Below are positions 15,119 through 24,305 of a stretch of 32,000 nucleotides of DNA, one piece after another. The position numbers and the translations under genes are program-made. The notes beneath the pieces were generated by a model. That model was given only the letters and a program-made list of their open reading frames with translations, was not told the origin of the DNA and searched no databases. Location of the stretch: contig NZ_NHRJ02000014.1 of assembly GCF_002220865.2 (NCBI RefSeq), forward strand, positions 37,249-69,248. Direction: 5' to 3'. Position 1 is the first letter of the stretch, and each line of letters starts with the position of its first letter. This DNA is from Paenibacillus xerothermodurans (GTDB taxonomy: Bacteria > Bacillota > Bacilli > Paenibacillales > NBRC-103111).

Positions 15119-17086
15119 GTGAAAACCTGGAGAACACTATTCTATGTCATACCTGTCGTATTAGCCGTCGGGGCGCTCGTGGCCTTCTATCGCTGGCAGC
15201 CGGAATATGCGTACATCCCGCCACAGGACAAGCTGATGAACCCGCCGCCCGCACAAGACAGTCAGGTGAACGGGGAAAAGCAGTATGACGTATGGGGACA
15301 GACCCTGACCGAAACCGCCGCCGAAAGCGCCGGCTTAACACCGCACAACGGTGCGGTCGCGATTGACGAAAAGCTGCTGAAATTAGGCCGGGACACCTTG
15401 TACAAGGAAACGTTTAGTAACGAAGTCTTCCTCACCGACATTATGGGAATCGTAGATGGTCCTTTTACCATCACGAACATGGCCAAAGCCATCGTACAAT
15501 TGAAAGGCGCGGGCACCACCAATTTACAGGTAGAGCTCGCGGAAGATGTGACACTCGGTGACCGGTCGTACAAAAAAGGAGAGAAGGTGGACACAGGCAT
15601 CGATGTGCCCAAAGGTGTGTACGCTCCGTTAGGCATGCCTGTGAAATTTTCACGCGGACAATTGCGAGTGGGCATCAGCTGTATGGCCTGCCATGCGACC
15701 GTGGATCCCGATACGAAAATGGTCATTGAAGGCGCACCCAATGCTGACCTGAACGCGGGACTGCTGATGGCTCTGGCAACCAATTCAGCCGCGTATTTCA
15801 CCCACACCGACGTGGAGAATGTCACGAAATACATAAAGGATGTAAACCGCACTGTGGTTACATCCACGGGCGGCGCCAGCGCGCTGCCGGATCCGGCCGA
15901 GCTGGAAAAGGCGGTGGACGCCAACTTAGTCAAGTGGCCAAAGGGAAATTTTGATTCTACCATCGATATGAAGAGCAATCCGGCGCAGATTCCGGACTCA
16001 TTCACAAAGGACGGACATCCATACGGCTGGAGCGGGTTTGCAGCTGCCGGTCCGTTCCACGGGCTGAGCGCGTTCAGTAACAACGTTCATGCCCAAAACT
16101 CGGACTCTCTGGCCCAAGTGGAAGCGAGCGAGGCTTTATTCGGCATGGAGAGAGAAGTGTATCTCGGCACGTTGCTGCAAAACGCGCCCAATCCTGCGTT
16201 TCGGTATGCCCCCGCGAGCGGGCTGAAGCCATCGGAGTTTTTTGCGAAGGCCGATCCTAATCCGGGAACACCCGGCGTGAACGAAATGATAAAACCTCCA
16301 TCGTTCCCCAAGCTCACGATGATGGCGCCGGACGGCTTATTTATCAGTTCTCCGGGCTTTAAAGTGGGTGAGCAGGTAAACGCAATGGCTGCGTATCAAA
16401 ATACGATTATTCCCCCACGCGGTACCAGCGCAACGGATGCTACAACGCTGCAGCAGGGTGAGCGGGTATTTCAACGTGCGCAATGCTTATCCTGTCATTC
16501 CGGGGCCGCGTTCACCAACCACCGCGTTGTTTCAGCCGAGACAATCGGAACCGAGCCTTCTCGTGCGAAAGCTCTAAAGAAAACTGAGTATCTGTTCGGT
16601 GCTGCATCCATATACAGTCCCGACACGCCGGTTCCTGTCCCGCCGGGCGCGAAGGTTCTGCAGGTGCCGACCGCTCACTTGGATCCGGCGCAGATAAAAC
16701 TTGCTTACGCGCACGGCGATTCGCCAGGAGGTTATAAAGTTAAAGGGCTTCTCGGACTGCGATGGACCGCTCCGTACCTGCATGATGGGGGCGTGGCTGC
16801 GGGGTCCGACCCTTCACAATTAGGGATACCAGGCACGCTGGCCAAGGGTATACTGCCCGATCCGGCAAACAGCTTGAAAGCTTTAGTCGACCGTGATCTA
16901 AGGCGAAACGTAGTTGATGCAAACAAACGGGAACCGGAGCTGGCGCGCGTGCACGCAGCGGGGATCGGACATGAGTATTGGGTGGACCAGTCTGCGGGAT
17001 TCACCAAATCGGAGCAGGACGCGCTGATCCAATACTTGCTTTCTCTGCAAGGCCAGTGGGCCGAGCAGCGGTCTGCTAACAAATAA
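15119..17086 (+). CDS. membrane-anchored di-haem cytochrome c, CCP/MauG-like (cytochrome c peroxidase family, atypically long)
   Basis: 655 aa with a GTG start after AAGGTGA and an N-terminal TM helix. Two CXXCH motifs: CMACH (15680-15694, aa 188-192) and CLSCH (16484-16498, aa 456-460). The second sits in FQRAQCLSCHSGAAFTN, and downstream LRWTAPYLHDGG matches the CCP/MauG signature. Confidence 0.7.
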   Translation: MKTWRTLFYVIPVVLAVGALVAFYRWQPEYAYIPPQDKLMNPPPAQDSQVNGEKQYDVWGQTLTETAAESAGLTPHNGAVAIDEKLLKLGRDTLYKETFSNEVFLTDIMGIVDGPFTITNMAKAIVQLKGAGTTNLQVELAEDVTLGDRSYKKGEKVDTGIDVPKGVYAPLGMPVKFSRGQLRVGISCMACHATVDPDTKMVIEGAPNADLNAGLLMALATNSAAYFTHTDVENVTKYIKDVNRTVVTSTGGASALPDPAELEKAVDANLVKWPKGNFDSTIDMKSNPAQIPDSFTKDGHPYGWSGFAAAGPFHGLSAFSNNVHAQNSDSLAQVEASEALFGMEREVYLGTLLQNAPNPAFRYAPASGLKPSEFFAKADPNPGTPGVNEMIKPPSFPKLTMMAPDGLFISSPGFKVGEQVNAMAAYQNTIIPPRGTSATDATTLQQGERVFQRAQCLSCHSGAAFTNHRVVSAETIGTEPSRAKALKKTEYLFGAASIYSPDTPVPVPPGAKVLQVPTAHLDPAQIKLAYAHGDSPGGYKVKGLLGLRWTAPYLHDGGVAAGSDPSQLGIPGTLAKGILPDPANSLKALVDRDLRRNVVDANKREPELARVHAAGIGHEYWVDQSAGFTKSEQDALIQYLLSLQGQWAEQRSANK

Positions 17087-17159
17087 TACTAAGCTCTAGA
17101 AATCCGATGGGAGAAGTGGTATTATAGAAAACTAAAATACAAAAAAGGAGGGAGATCTA

Positions 17160-18383
17160 ATGAGTGCATCAGGAGCAAATGCTGTGCAGCTTGATTCGGC
17201 TCTGAAAGTGAAGAAAACAACGATGAATCGCCCGATCACAATTGTGACTTTGATGCTATTCATTCTTGGATTCTTCTTTCTCGCTGATACAGTATCGTAT
17301 ACGCAAGGTACTCTATACTTAATCGCAGGCGTCCTCGGATTGGCGTTGTATCACGCTCACTATGGCTTCACCAGCTCGTTTCGGAGCTTTCTGCTTGAAG
17401 GCCGCGGCGTCGGCATCCGATCGCAAATGATTATGTTTATGCTCGCCAACCTTCTGTTCCTGCCTCAGCTAGTAGGCTTATTCGGCCAGCAGGTGACGGG
17501 GTATGTGTCTCCCGTGGGGTTGTCTGTATTAATCGGTGCGTTTATTTTCGGTATCGGTATGCAAATGGGGGACGGGTGCGCGTCCGGCACACTTTATCAT
17601 ATCGGCGGCGGAGACTCTCGCGGTGTGATCACGCTGCTCGGTTTCGTGGCAGGCTCGGTTATCGGCAGCGCTGATTTCACTTGGTGGATGGGGACGCCGA
17701 ATATCGGTCCGGTATCGTTCGTTAATTCCTTCGGAGCGTTCGGAGGATTGCTGTTCAATGTACTGTTGATGGCCATCGTCTTTGCCGTCACCTTATACGT
17801 TGAAAAACGGCGCACAGGCAGCATACAATCGCTCCGGTTCGAATGGAAAGGCTGGAAGACTCTGCTGACAGGGCCTTGGCCGTTAATGATCGGAGGCATT
17901 GTGTTGGCGCTCGGCAACGGCATCGTGCTGTATCTCTCCGGTAAGCCATGGGGCGTTACATCCGCGTTCGCCCTGTGGGGAGCCAAAGTGTCGCAGGCGC
18001 TTGGCATACAGGTCACGGATTGGGGATTCTGGCAAACACCAGCCAATGCTGCGGCGTTAAATAACAGCATCATCCAGGACGTGACATCCGTTATGGACAT
18101 TGGGGTTATGCTGGGGGCTCTGCTCGCGTTGGGCTTGAGCGGCAAAGCGGCACGATTTATTCGCCGTGTTCCGCTCAGAATGGTGGTCGGCCTGCTCATC
18201 GGCGGAATCATGATGGGCTATGGCGCGCGCATCTCGTTCGGCTGCAACATTGGAGCGTACTTCGGAGGCATTGCCTCGTTCAGCCTACATGGCTGGGCAT
18301 GGATGGTGGCGGCTATGTTGGGCAGCATCATCGGAGTGAAGCTCCGTCCTATATGTGCATTCGACGGTGGCAATAAAGAATAA
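17160..18383 (+). CDS. YeeE/YedE family sulfur-compound (thiosulfate-type) transporter
   Basis: 407 aa and polytopic, with GGAGGGAG upstream. Both conserved Cys-loops of the family are present: GDGCASGTLYHIGGG and RISFGCNIGAYFGG. Confidence 0.85.
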   Translation: MSASGANAVQLDSALKVKKTTMNRPITIVTLMLFILGFFFLADTVSYTQGTLYLIAGVLGLALYHAHYGFTSSFRSFLLEGRGVGIRSQMIMFMLANLLFLPQLVGLFGQQVTGYVSPVGLSVLIGAFIFGIGMQMGDGCASGTLYHIGGGDSRGVITLLGFVAGSVIGSADFTWWMGTPNIGPVSFVNSFGAFGGLLFNVLLMAIVFAVTLYVEKRRTGSIQSLRFEWKGWKTLLTGPWPLMIGGIVLALGNGIVLYLSGKPWGVTSAFALWGAKVSQALGIQVTDWGFWQTPANAAALNNSIIQDVTSVMDIGVMLGALLALGLSGKAARFIRRVPLRMVVGLLIGGIMMGYGARISFGCNIGAYFGGIASFSLHGWAWMVAAMLGSIIGVKLRPICAFDGGNKE

Positions 18384-18454
18384 CAGCAGAACACAACTGC
18401 TGGCGCTGCATTCAAGGAGAAAGAACGCTGCCCGGCAGCATATAGTTTGATTTA

Positions 18455-18491
18455 GGCGTGTGAACAGCTGAGGCTGCTTACACGCCTTTTT
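18455..18491 (+). terminator. intrinsic terminator after the yeeE-like gene
   Basis: GGCGTGTgaacagctgaggctgcttACACGCC followed by TTTTT. Confidence 0.6.
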
Positions 18492-18519
18492 GCTGTGAAT
18501 GAAATTTTTCGGATGTCGC

Positions 18520-20190
18520 TCAAAACCTGCCTGAGCGGAATATCGAATGAATAAGCCAGCCGAACATAATCAGTGCCGTCAAAGCCCCTATTTCAAGCAC
18601 CGGCATGTGCCAGAATAAACTGCGCTGTCTGTTCAGTGAAAACACAACGATGATCCCCGTCATGACAATGCTGAAAGATAGAAGAACGATGCTAAATGCG
18701 ATCCGATTGCCAATGCGGTCCAGCTTATTCAGCAGCATATCAAATTCAGGGATGCTCACATCGACTGTGCCACCCCTGACCAGCGATATGAGGTCTCTAA
18801 CATGCTGCGGTAGCTGTGCAAGGATGTCGCTGAATTGGAACCAGTCCTCTTTTAGGTTTTCCATGATGCTCTTGGGATTCAGACGTTCCTTTAAAATAAG
18901 CCGCCCGAAAGGCTCGGCAATTTCAATGATACTGATGTCAGGGTCCAGCTGACGCACTACGCCCTCCGCAGTAATCAAGGTTTTGCCTAGCAGCACGAAT
19001 TCCGACGGAACTTGTACCTGATGGCGATAAGCGGCATTGAGCAAATCATTCACCGATTCTCCCAGACTGATCTCATGAAATGGGATGCCCACATATTTGT
19101 CGCGTAGCATGTCGATGTCCCGGCGCAGCTCCGTCATATCCACGTCAGGCTGGACCAGACGCATGCCCAAAATCGCCCGTATGACGCCCTCAGAGCTTTG
19201 CAGCAGCAGAGCGATAATGAGGTTGGCAAAATGCCGCTTCATCGCCGGCGTCAATCGGCCGACAAGCCCGAAATCTATGAATGTGAGTACCTCTCCGGGC
19301 AGCACCATCAGATTGCCTGGGTGAGGATCCGCATGAAAAAAACCCTCCATAAAAATTTGATGCAGCATCGCGTTCATGAAGCGCTCGGCGATTCTTTGCG
19401 GCTCGTAGCCATGGGATAGCAGCCTGTCCGGGTCGTTGAGCTTTATGCCTTCGACAAATTCGGTAGTCAATATTTTTTTGGACGTGTATTCCCAATATAC
19501 TTTTGGCACATGGACGTGAGGATCCTTCTTGAACTGGTTGGCTATCTTTTCAGCGTTGTGCCCCTCTATCGTGTAATCCAGTTCATCCCGCAGCGCTCGG
19601 CTGAATTCTTGTGCCATTCTGTGTATTTGGTACTGCTTGGCCCACTTGAACCGTGCTTCGGCGAGGACGGCGAGATTTTGCAGTATTTCCAGATCCGTGC
19701 GTACCGTTTGACCTATGCCGGGCCGTTGTATTTTGACCGCTACGGGCTGGCCGTCTTGTAATACCGCCAAGTGTACTTGCCCAATCGAGGCGGCGGCGAG
19801 CGGCTCTGACTCGAAGCGGGAAAAGGTGTCGGCCATTGTGATACGCAGCTGTGATTCCAATGTTTTCTGTACTTCATCGAAGGCGAAGGGCGCTACTTGA
19901 TCCTGCAGCTTCTGCAGCTCCGCAATTATGTGATCGGGTATGATGTCAGACCGTGTACTCGCAATCTGGCCCAATTTAATAAAGGTCGGTCCCAAATCCT
20001 GAACAACCAGCCGGATTCTTTCGGCAATGGAATACTTCTCATCCTTCTGCGCTGCGCCGCCGGCTTTGTGGGGGAGGGATAAGAAATGAAAAATGTCCAG
20101 TTCCTCCACGATAAATCCGAAGCCGTGCCTGGTGAGAGCAACCGCGATATCCCGGTACCGGTTAAGATGGCGAATTCTTTTGCCGATCAC
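18520..20190 (-). CDS. ABC1/UbiB (AarF) atypical kinase family protein
   Basis: Motifs AAASIGQVHLA, VAVKIQRPG and HADPHPGNL, plus two C-terminal TM helices. I prefer the GTG at 20190 (VIGKRIRHLNRY..., AAAGGA upstream). The track's 20286 start adds 32 atypical residues. Confidence 0.85.
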   Translation of the reverse strand: MIGKRIRHLNRYRDIAVALTRHGFGFIVEELDIFHFLSLPHKAGGAAQKDEKYSIAERIRLVVQDLGPTFIKLGQIASTRSDIIPDHIIAELQKLQDQVAPFAFDEVQKTLESQLRITMADTFSRFESEPLAAASIGQVHLAVLQDGQPVAVKIQRPGIGQTVRTDLEILQNLAVLAEARFKWAKQYQIHRMAQEFSRALRDELDYTIEGHNAEKIANQFKKDPHVHVPKVYWEYTSKKILTTEFVEGIKLNDPDRLLSHGYEPQRIAERFMNAMLHQIFMEGFFHADPHPGNLMVLPGEVLTFIDFGLVGRLTPAMKRHFANLIIALLLQSSEGVIRAILGMRLVQPDVDMTELRRDIDMLRDKYVGIPFHEISLGESVNDLLNAAYRHQVQVPSEFVLLGKTLITAEGVVRQLDPDISIIEIAEPFGRLILKERLNPKSIMENLKEDWFQFSDILAQLPQHVRDLISLVRGGTVDVSIPEFDMLLNKLDRIGNRIAFSIVLLSFSIVMTGIIVVFSLNRQRSLFWHMPVLEIGALTALIMFGWLIHSIFRSGRF

Positions 20191-20352
20191 GTCAACATCA
20201 TCCTTTCCGCCCCTATTATGTGGAAACCGATTCAACTTAATGCAAACTAGTCCGGCTAGCGGTGAGAAGGAAGAAGGATTCATCATGTTTCCGTGCTATG
20301 GCAATACTAGACGTATTAATGTGAACTGATCGCGGAGGAGGTAGCCTGGGAG

Positions 20353-21846
20353 ATGAGTAGAGGTGCATTGGCAGCTGGTGCCGTTGGGAGAGGGCCGATT
20401 TTCGCCGTTATGTTTGTCGGGGCGTTCGTCGCTTTTTTAAATCAGACACTGATCAACATCGCGCTGCCGCAAATTATGATCTACTTCAACACTTCGGCGA
20501 CAGTAGCCAATTGGTTAACCACGGGCTTTATGTTGGTTAACGGCATTGTCATACCCGTCACAGCTTTTTTGATTGAACGTTTCAGCACGAGGCAGCTGTA
20601 TAACACATCGATGGCTCTGTTCGCCGTCGGCACTCTGATCTGTGGCATAGCGCCCACATTCTCAGTTCTCCTTATTGGGCGCCTCGTGCAAGCTGCGGGA
20701 GCCGGCATTCTGTTCCCATTGATCATGAATGTGATCTTCACGTTATACCCCGCGGACAAGCGCGGCGCCGCCATGGGCACGCTTGGCATTGCGCTGAACT
20801 TCGCGCCAGCGATCGGGCCGACTTTATCCGGATGGATTGTGCAGACTTACTCATGGCGCGTGCTGTTTTTTATCATATTGCCCATAGCTGTGCTGAACTT
20901 GATCGCGGCCATATTTATGCTGAAGAATGTGACGGAAACGGGCAGACCGGAGTTGGACGTGTTGGGTGTGATACTGTCCACCGTCGGGTTTGGCGGTCTT
21001 TTATATGCTTTTGCCACTGTGGGCAGTGCCGGCTTGCGAAGTCCGGAGGTCATTACCATGTTCACCGTGGGAGGCTTGGCGCTTATCCTATTTGTGTGGA
21101 GGCAGCTGGTAATAGAACATCCGATTCTGGAGTTCAGAATATTCCGGTATCCGATGTTTACCCTCACCACCATAATCAATGTCATTATAACGCTGGCGAT
21201 GTTTTCGGCCATGATATTGATCCCTATCTACATGCAAAATGTGCGTGGATTTTCTCCGCTAATGTCCGGTCTCATGCTGCTGCCTGGCGGTATTCTAATG
21301 GGGATTATGTCGCCCATCACAGGCAGAATCTTCGATCGAATTGGTGCGAGATGGCTTGCGATCGTGGGTTTACTGCTAACTCTGGTGACCACGTACGAGC
21401 TGACGCGGCTGGAACTTACCACCTCCTTCGCCTATGTGACCTATGTGTACACTGCACGGATGTTCGGCATGTCGCTGATGATGATGCCGATTTTCACAGC
21501 GGGGCTTAATGAGCTGCCGCTCGAAATGAATCGGCACGGCACAGCGATGGTCAACACGCTGCGGATGGTCGGCGGTGCTGTCGGTACTGCGTTCTTCGTA
21601 TCGATTATGACTAACCAGGCGGCGGCCCATCTGGACGAAATTGTCAGTGACCGCCGAATGCCGCTAACTGATCCGGCTCAGGTGGAGCTGGCGACGGACC
21701 AAGCTACGGTGATGGGCATTAACGACGCGTTTATGGTCGCAACGATTTTAACGGTGATTCCGCTCGTTTTATCGTTCTTTATTCGTGAAACAAGGTTCGC
21801 CAAGAATCCCGAGCCCGTCCGGGATCCGGTGCCCAACAAAGTGTAG
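20353..21846 (+). CDS. MFS transporter, DHA2/EmrB-QacA-type (14-TMS drug:H+ antiporter family)
   Basis: 497 aa with about 14 hydrophobic segments. N-terminal FLNQTLINIALPQI, LIGRLVQAAGAG and antiporter motif C-like APAIGPTLSGW. GGAGGAGG lies upstream. Confidence 0.85.
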   Translation: MSRGALAAGAVGRGPIFAVMFVGAFVAFLNQTLINIALPQIMIYFNTSATVANWLTTGFMLVNGIVIPVTAFLIERFSTRQLYNTSMALFAVGTLICGIAPTFSVLLIGRLVQAAGAGILFPLIMNVIFTLYPADKRGAAMGTLGIALNFAPAIGPTLSGWIVQTYSWRVLFFIILPIAVLNLIAAIFMLKNVTETGRPELDVLGVILSTVGFGGLLYAFATVGSAGLRSPEVITMFTVGGLALILFVWRQLVIEHPILEFRIFRYPMFTLTTIINVIITLAMFSAMILIPIYMQNVRGFSPLMSGLMLLPGGILMGIMSPITGRIFDRIGARWLAIVGLLLTLVTTYELTRLELTTSFAYVTYVYTARMFGMSLMMMPIFTAGLNELPLEMNRHGTAMVNTLRMVGGAVGTAFFVSIMTNQAAAHLDEIVSDRRMPLTDPAQVELATDQATVMGINDAFMVATILTVIPLVLSFFIRETRFAKNPEPVRDPVPNKV

Positions 21847-21854
21847 CCTAGAAT

Positions 21855-21881
21855 GAAAAAACGACCCCGAGGCCGGGGCCG
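21855..21881 (-). terminator. intrinsic terminator after the LtaS-like gene (possibly bidirectional)
   Basis: On the minus strand GGCCCCGgcctCGGGGTC is followed by GTTTTTTC. It sits in the 40-nt gap between convergent genes. Confidence 0.6.
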
Positions 21882-21886
21882 TCTGT

Positions 21887-23989
21887 TCACATATCACTGG
21901 CTGTGACATGGGAGTAATCATACTCATTTGATTTAGCGAGAATGCTGTTTCTGGAATCTTTTACAATGACTTCAACCTGCAGCGGCGGCTGTTCCGCGTA
22001 ATCGGGCGGCAGCGTGGCCGTCAGCTCGGTGTGGCTGTTCCATTTGGTCGCAACCTGCTCTCCGTTCACGCTAACCACGCTGTTGTAAGGCAGGTCTTTG
22101 CCTTTGATTTTCAGCACCGCGCTATCGTTGGCTTGCTCCGTTCGAACGCTGTCGATCACGGGCGGCGCAGGACCAAGCACATAATGCTCGCTTTTAATCT
22201 TGCTTTTAATTTCGCTGTATCCGTACTGCTGCCCAAACAGGATGTCGTATTGCAGCTTCTCGTAGGTGGCCAGATCCTGCTTCGCAATCCTCATCTGACC
22301 GTAATAATTTTCCGGCGGGATGACCGGGATACGCTGTGATAATTGCGCTAAGTAGTCTGTATAATAAGTCCCTTGTCTTTGTGCGGTCTTCAATACATAC
22401 GGCCCTACGAACGATGGGCTCATGTTAATTTCTTCCCTCGGTACGTGCAGGTAATTGTTCCACACCAGTATCGGTACCCGATAAAGTTTGTTCAAGGAAT
22501 CCGGATCGTTTTCCTGCAAATAGCCGGTCTCCTTGTAGACCTTGTAATCCTCGCCGAGACTCGGCAGATGATCGCCGAAAAACACTACAATCGTCGGTTC
22601 ATCCATGCTTTCATAATGTGTGACCAGCCGTTTCAGCATATCGTCCGCGCCGAGCAGCCCTTGGGCGTAGGTTTCGAGCAGACCCTTGGATTCGCCCTCC
22701 ACCCCGGTCACTTCAATCGTGTTTTCTTTGAATTTACCCGGATAGTAATGAAAATGGTTTTGCATCGTATTTGCGAAAATAAAGTCCGGACCTGCGGTGC
22801 TCATGCTCGTATTAATAATTTGTTTGGCCACTTCGCGATCCGCCAAGTAGGGGCCGTCGTATACCGGATCAAAAAATTCCTGAGAAATAAATTTGGAAAA
22901 GCCGAAATTTTGATATACCTTCTTGCTGTTATAGAACCAGCTGTGAAGAGGGTTCACCGCCGTGGCCGAATATCCTTGCCGCGACAAAATGCTCGCCATA
23001 GAATCTACGCCTTTGTTCACATACTGATTATATGGAACCGAGCCTGGCGGCAGGAATCGCATAGAGTTCCCGGTCAGCACTTCGAACTCGACGTTCGCGG
23101 TTCCGCCCCCGAATTGCGGTGACAGCAATGTGCCGCTGCTATAGTTTTTCGCTAGCTCATGGTAGAACGCAAGCGGATCGCTGCTGAAAGAGACGCCCTT
23201 AATTTGGGTCGCATCCCAAAATGATTCGCTCAGTACCACAATGATGTTCGGTTTGTGCTCTCCACTGGCCGGCACCGCGGGGGTGACAGAAGACGAAGCG
23301 GAACGAATGAACTGTTCGTCGTAGCCTTCGGGCGCGCTCATGAACAGAAATTGCAGATTCATGATTGTGGAGAGCAGAAAACCGTTTGCACGCACATTCT
23401 CCGTCTGGTCCCACGCGATATTTTGTACATTGGCTAATTTTTTCAGCGACCACGAGCCGTCCGTGTAGACCAAGCCCAATAGGAGCACTGCCACTGCACT
23501 CATGCCCAACCGGTGCTTCCAGTTGAACTTGAGAGAAAAACGCGGAAGCTTGTAAAGCAGAAGAATGCTTATAACGACAAACGATATAATACCTGAGATA
23601 ACTGTAAAGTTAAGGAGCCCGTTCAAATACTGTGCCATGTCCTTGGTTTCACTCGTCAACAGTAAATCCCATGGGAGAAACGGCACGCCCAATATCGCCA
23701 CTTTGATGCCGCTTATTAACCCAAAGGCGAGACAAGCGGTGGATACAAGCCAGAACGAGAGATGAAGTCTACCGGTCAATGCAGTGAAAAGAAACAAAAA
23801 ACCCAACACGACTATCGTGTTCAGAGCCAGCTCAGGGATCGCTTGAAACGTCCATTTGAAAGTTTCTCCCCAATAGCCTCTGCTCATTAATTCCACCAAA
23901 AACACAATCCAAAATGACCACAATAGCAAGGGAAGCCGTCTTGCCACCTTCAAGCCATGAGTTTGAATCGCGATCTGCAATTCACTCAT
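21887..23989 (-). CDS. LTA synthase family protein (sulfatase-fold phosphoglycerol transferase-like) with C-terminal beta-sandwich extension
   Basis: 700 aa. N-terminal multi-TM block, then a sulfatase-type domain beginning KPNIIVVLSESFWD. The last ~100 aa (PPVIDSV...LKIKGKDLPYNSVVSVNGEQV...LTATLP) look IPT/TIG-like. Confidence 0.8.
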   Translation of the reverse strand: MSELQIAIQTHGLKVARRLPLLLWSFWIVFLVELMSRGYWGETFKWTFQAIPELALNTIVVLGFLFLFTALTGRLHLSFWLVSTACLAFGLISGIKVAILGVPFLPWDLLLTSETKDMAQYLNGLLNFTVISGIISFVVISILLLYKLPRFSLKFNWKHRLGMSAVAVLLLGLVYTDGSWSLKKLANVQNIAWDQTENVRANGFLLSTIMNLQFLFMSAPEGYDEQFIRSASSSVTPAVPASGEHKPNIIVVLSESFWDATQIKGVSFSSDPLAFYHELAKNYSSGTLLSPQFGGGTANVEFEVLTGNSMRFLPPGSVPYNQYVNKGVDSMASILSRQGYSATAVNPLHSWFYNSKKVYQNFGFSKFISQEFFDPVYDGPYLADREVAKQIINTSMSTAGPDFIFANTMQNHFHYYPGKFKENTIEVTGVEGESKGLLETYAQGLLGADDMLKRLVTHYESMDEPTIVVFFGDHLPSLGEDYKVYKETGYLQENDPDSLNKLYRVPILVWNNYLHVPREEINMSPSFVGPYVLKTAQRQGTYYTDYLAQLSQRIPVIPPENYYGQMRIAKQDLATYEKLQYDILFGQQYGYSEIKSKIKSEHYVLGPAPPVIDSVRTEQANDSAVLKIKGKDLPYNSVVSVNGEQVATKWNSHTELTATLPPDYAEQPPLQVEVIVKDSRNSILAKSNEYDYSHVTASDM

Positions 23990-24305
23990 ATCTGCACATC
24001 ACCCATTATTTAAAATTTTTGTAAAAGCTAATATCCAGTATATCATACCTTCTTCATTACATGGTAACGCTGAGCTGCCAAGTATTACGGGGGCAAAAGC
24101 TGTATCACGATCCATTCGGCCTGCCGACAAAATGCCGGTCCGCACGCAACTCTTTGTCGTTATGCATGTATAAATAATACTGGGGTATTGTGTTACAAAT
24201 TGTCGATTGCAGTCAAATAACAGCGGCATATGCATTCGTCACCCCCTAATAACAACCGGCCCTTATCGTAAAAATATAGTCACAGAGAAAAAGGAGTGGA
24301 TTGGT

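Noticed and set aside
15262-16083. 273-aa minus-strand ORF inside the di-haem cytochrome gene
   Set aside because: It is an antisense shadow ORF. The plus-strand frame carries the CXXCH and PYLHDG signatures, an RBS and a TM anchor.
17597-18211. 204-aa minus-strand ORF inside the yeeE-like gene
   Set aside because: It is an antisense shadow ORF. The plus frame has both YeeE Cys-loop motifs and a strong RBS.
20832-21509. 225-aa plus-strand ORF in an alternative frame of the MFS gene
   Set aside because: It is an out-of-frame overlap within a continuous 14-TMS transporter ORF. The translation is Cys/His/Arg-rich and non-membrane-like. There is no sign of a frameshift in the main frame.
22373-23122. 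249-aa plus-strand ORF inside the LtaS-like gene (also 22031..22339)
   Set aside because: It is antisense to a well-supported sulfatase-fold gene. It has no RBS, and its His/Arg/Phe-rich translation has no recognisable domain.
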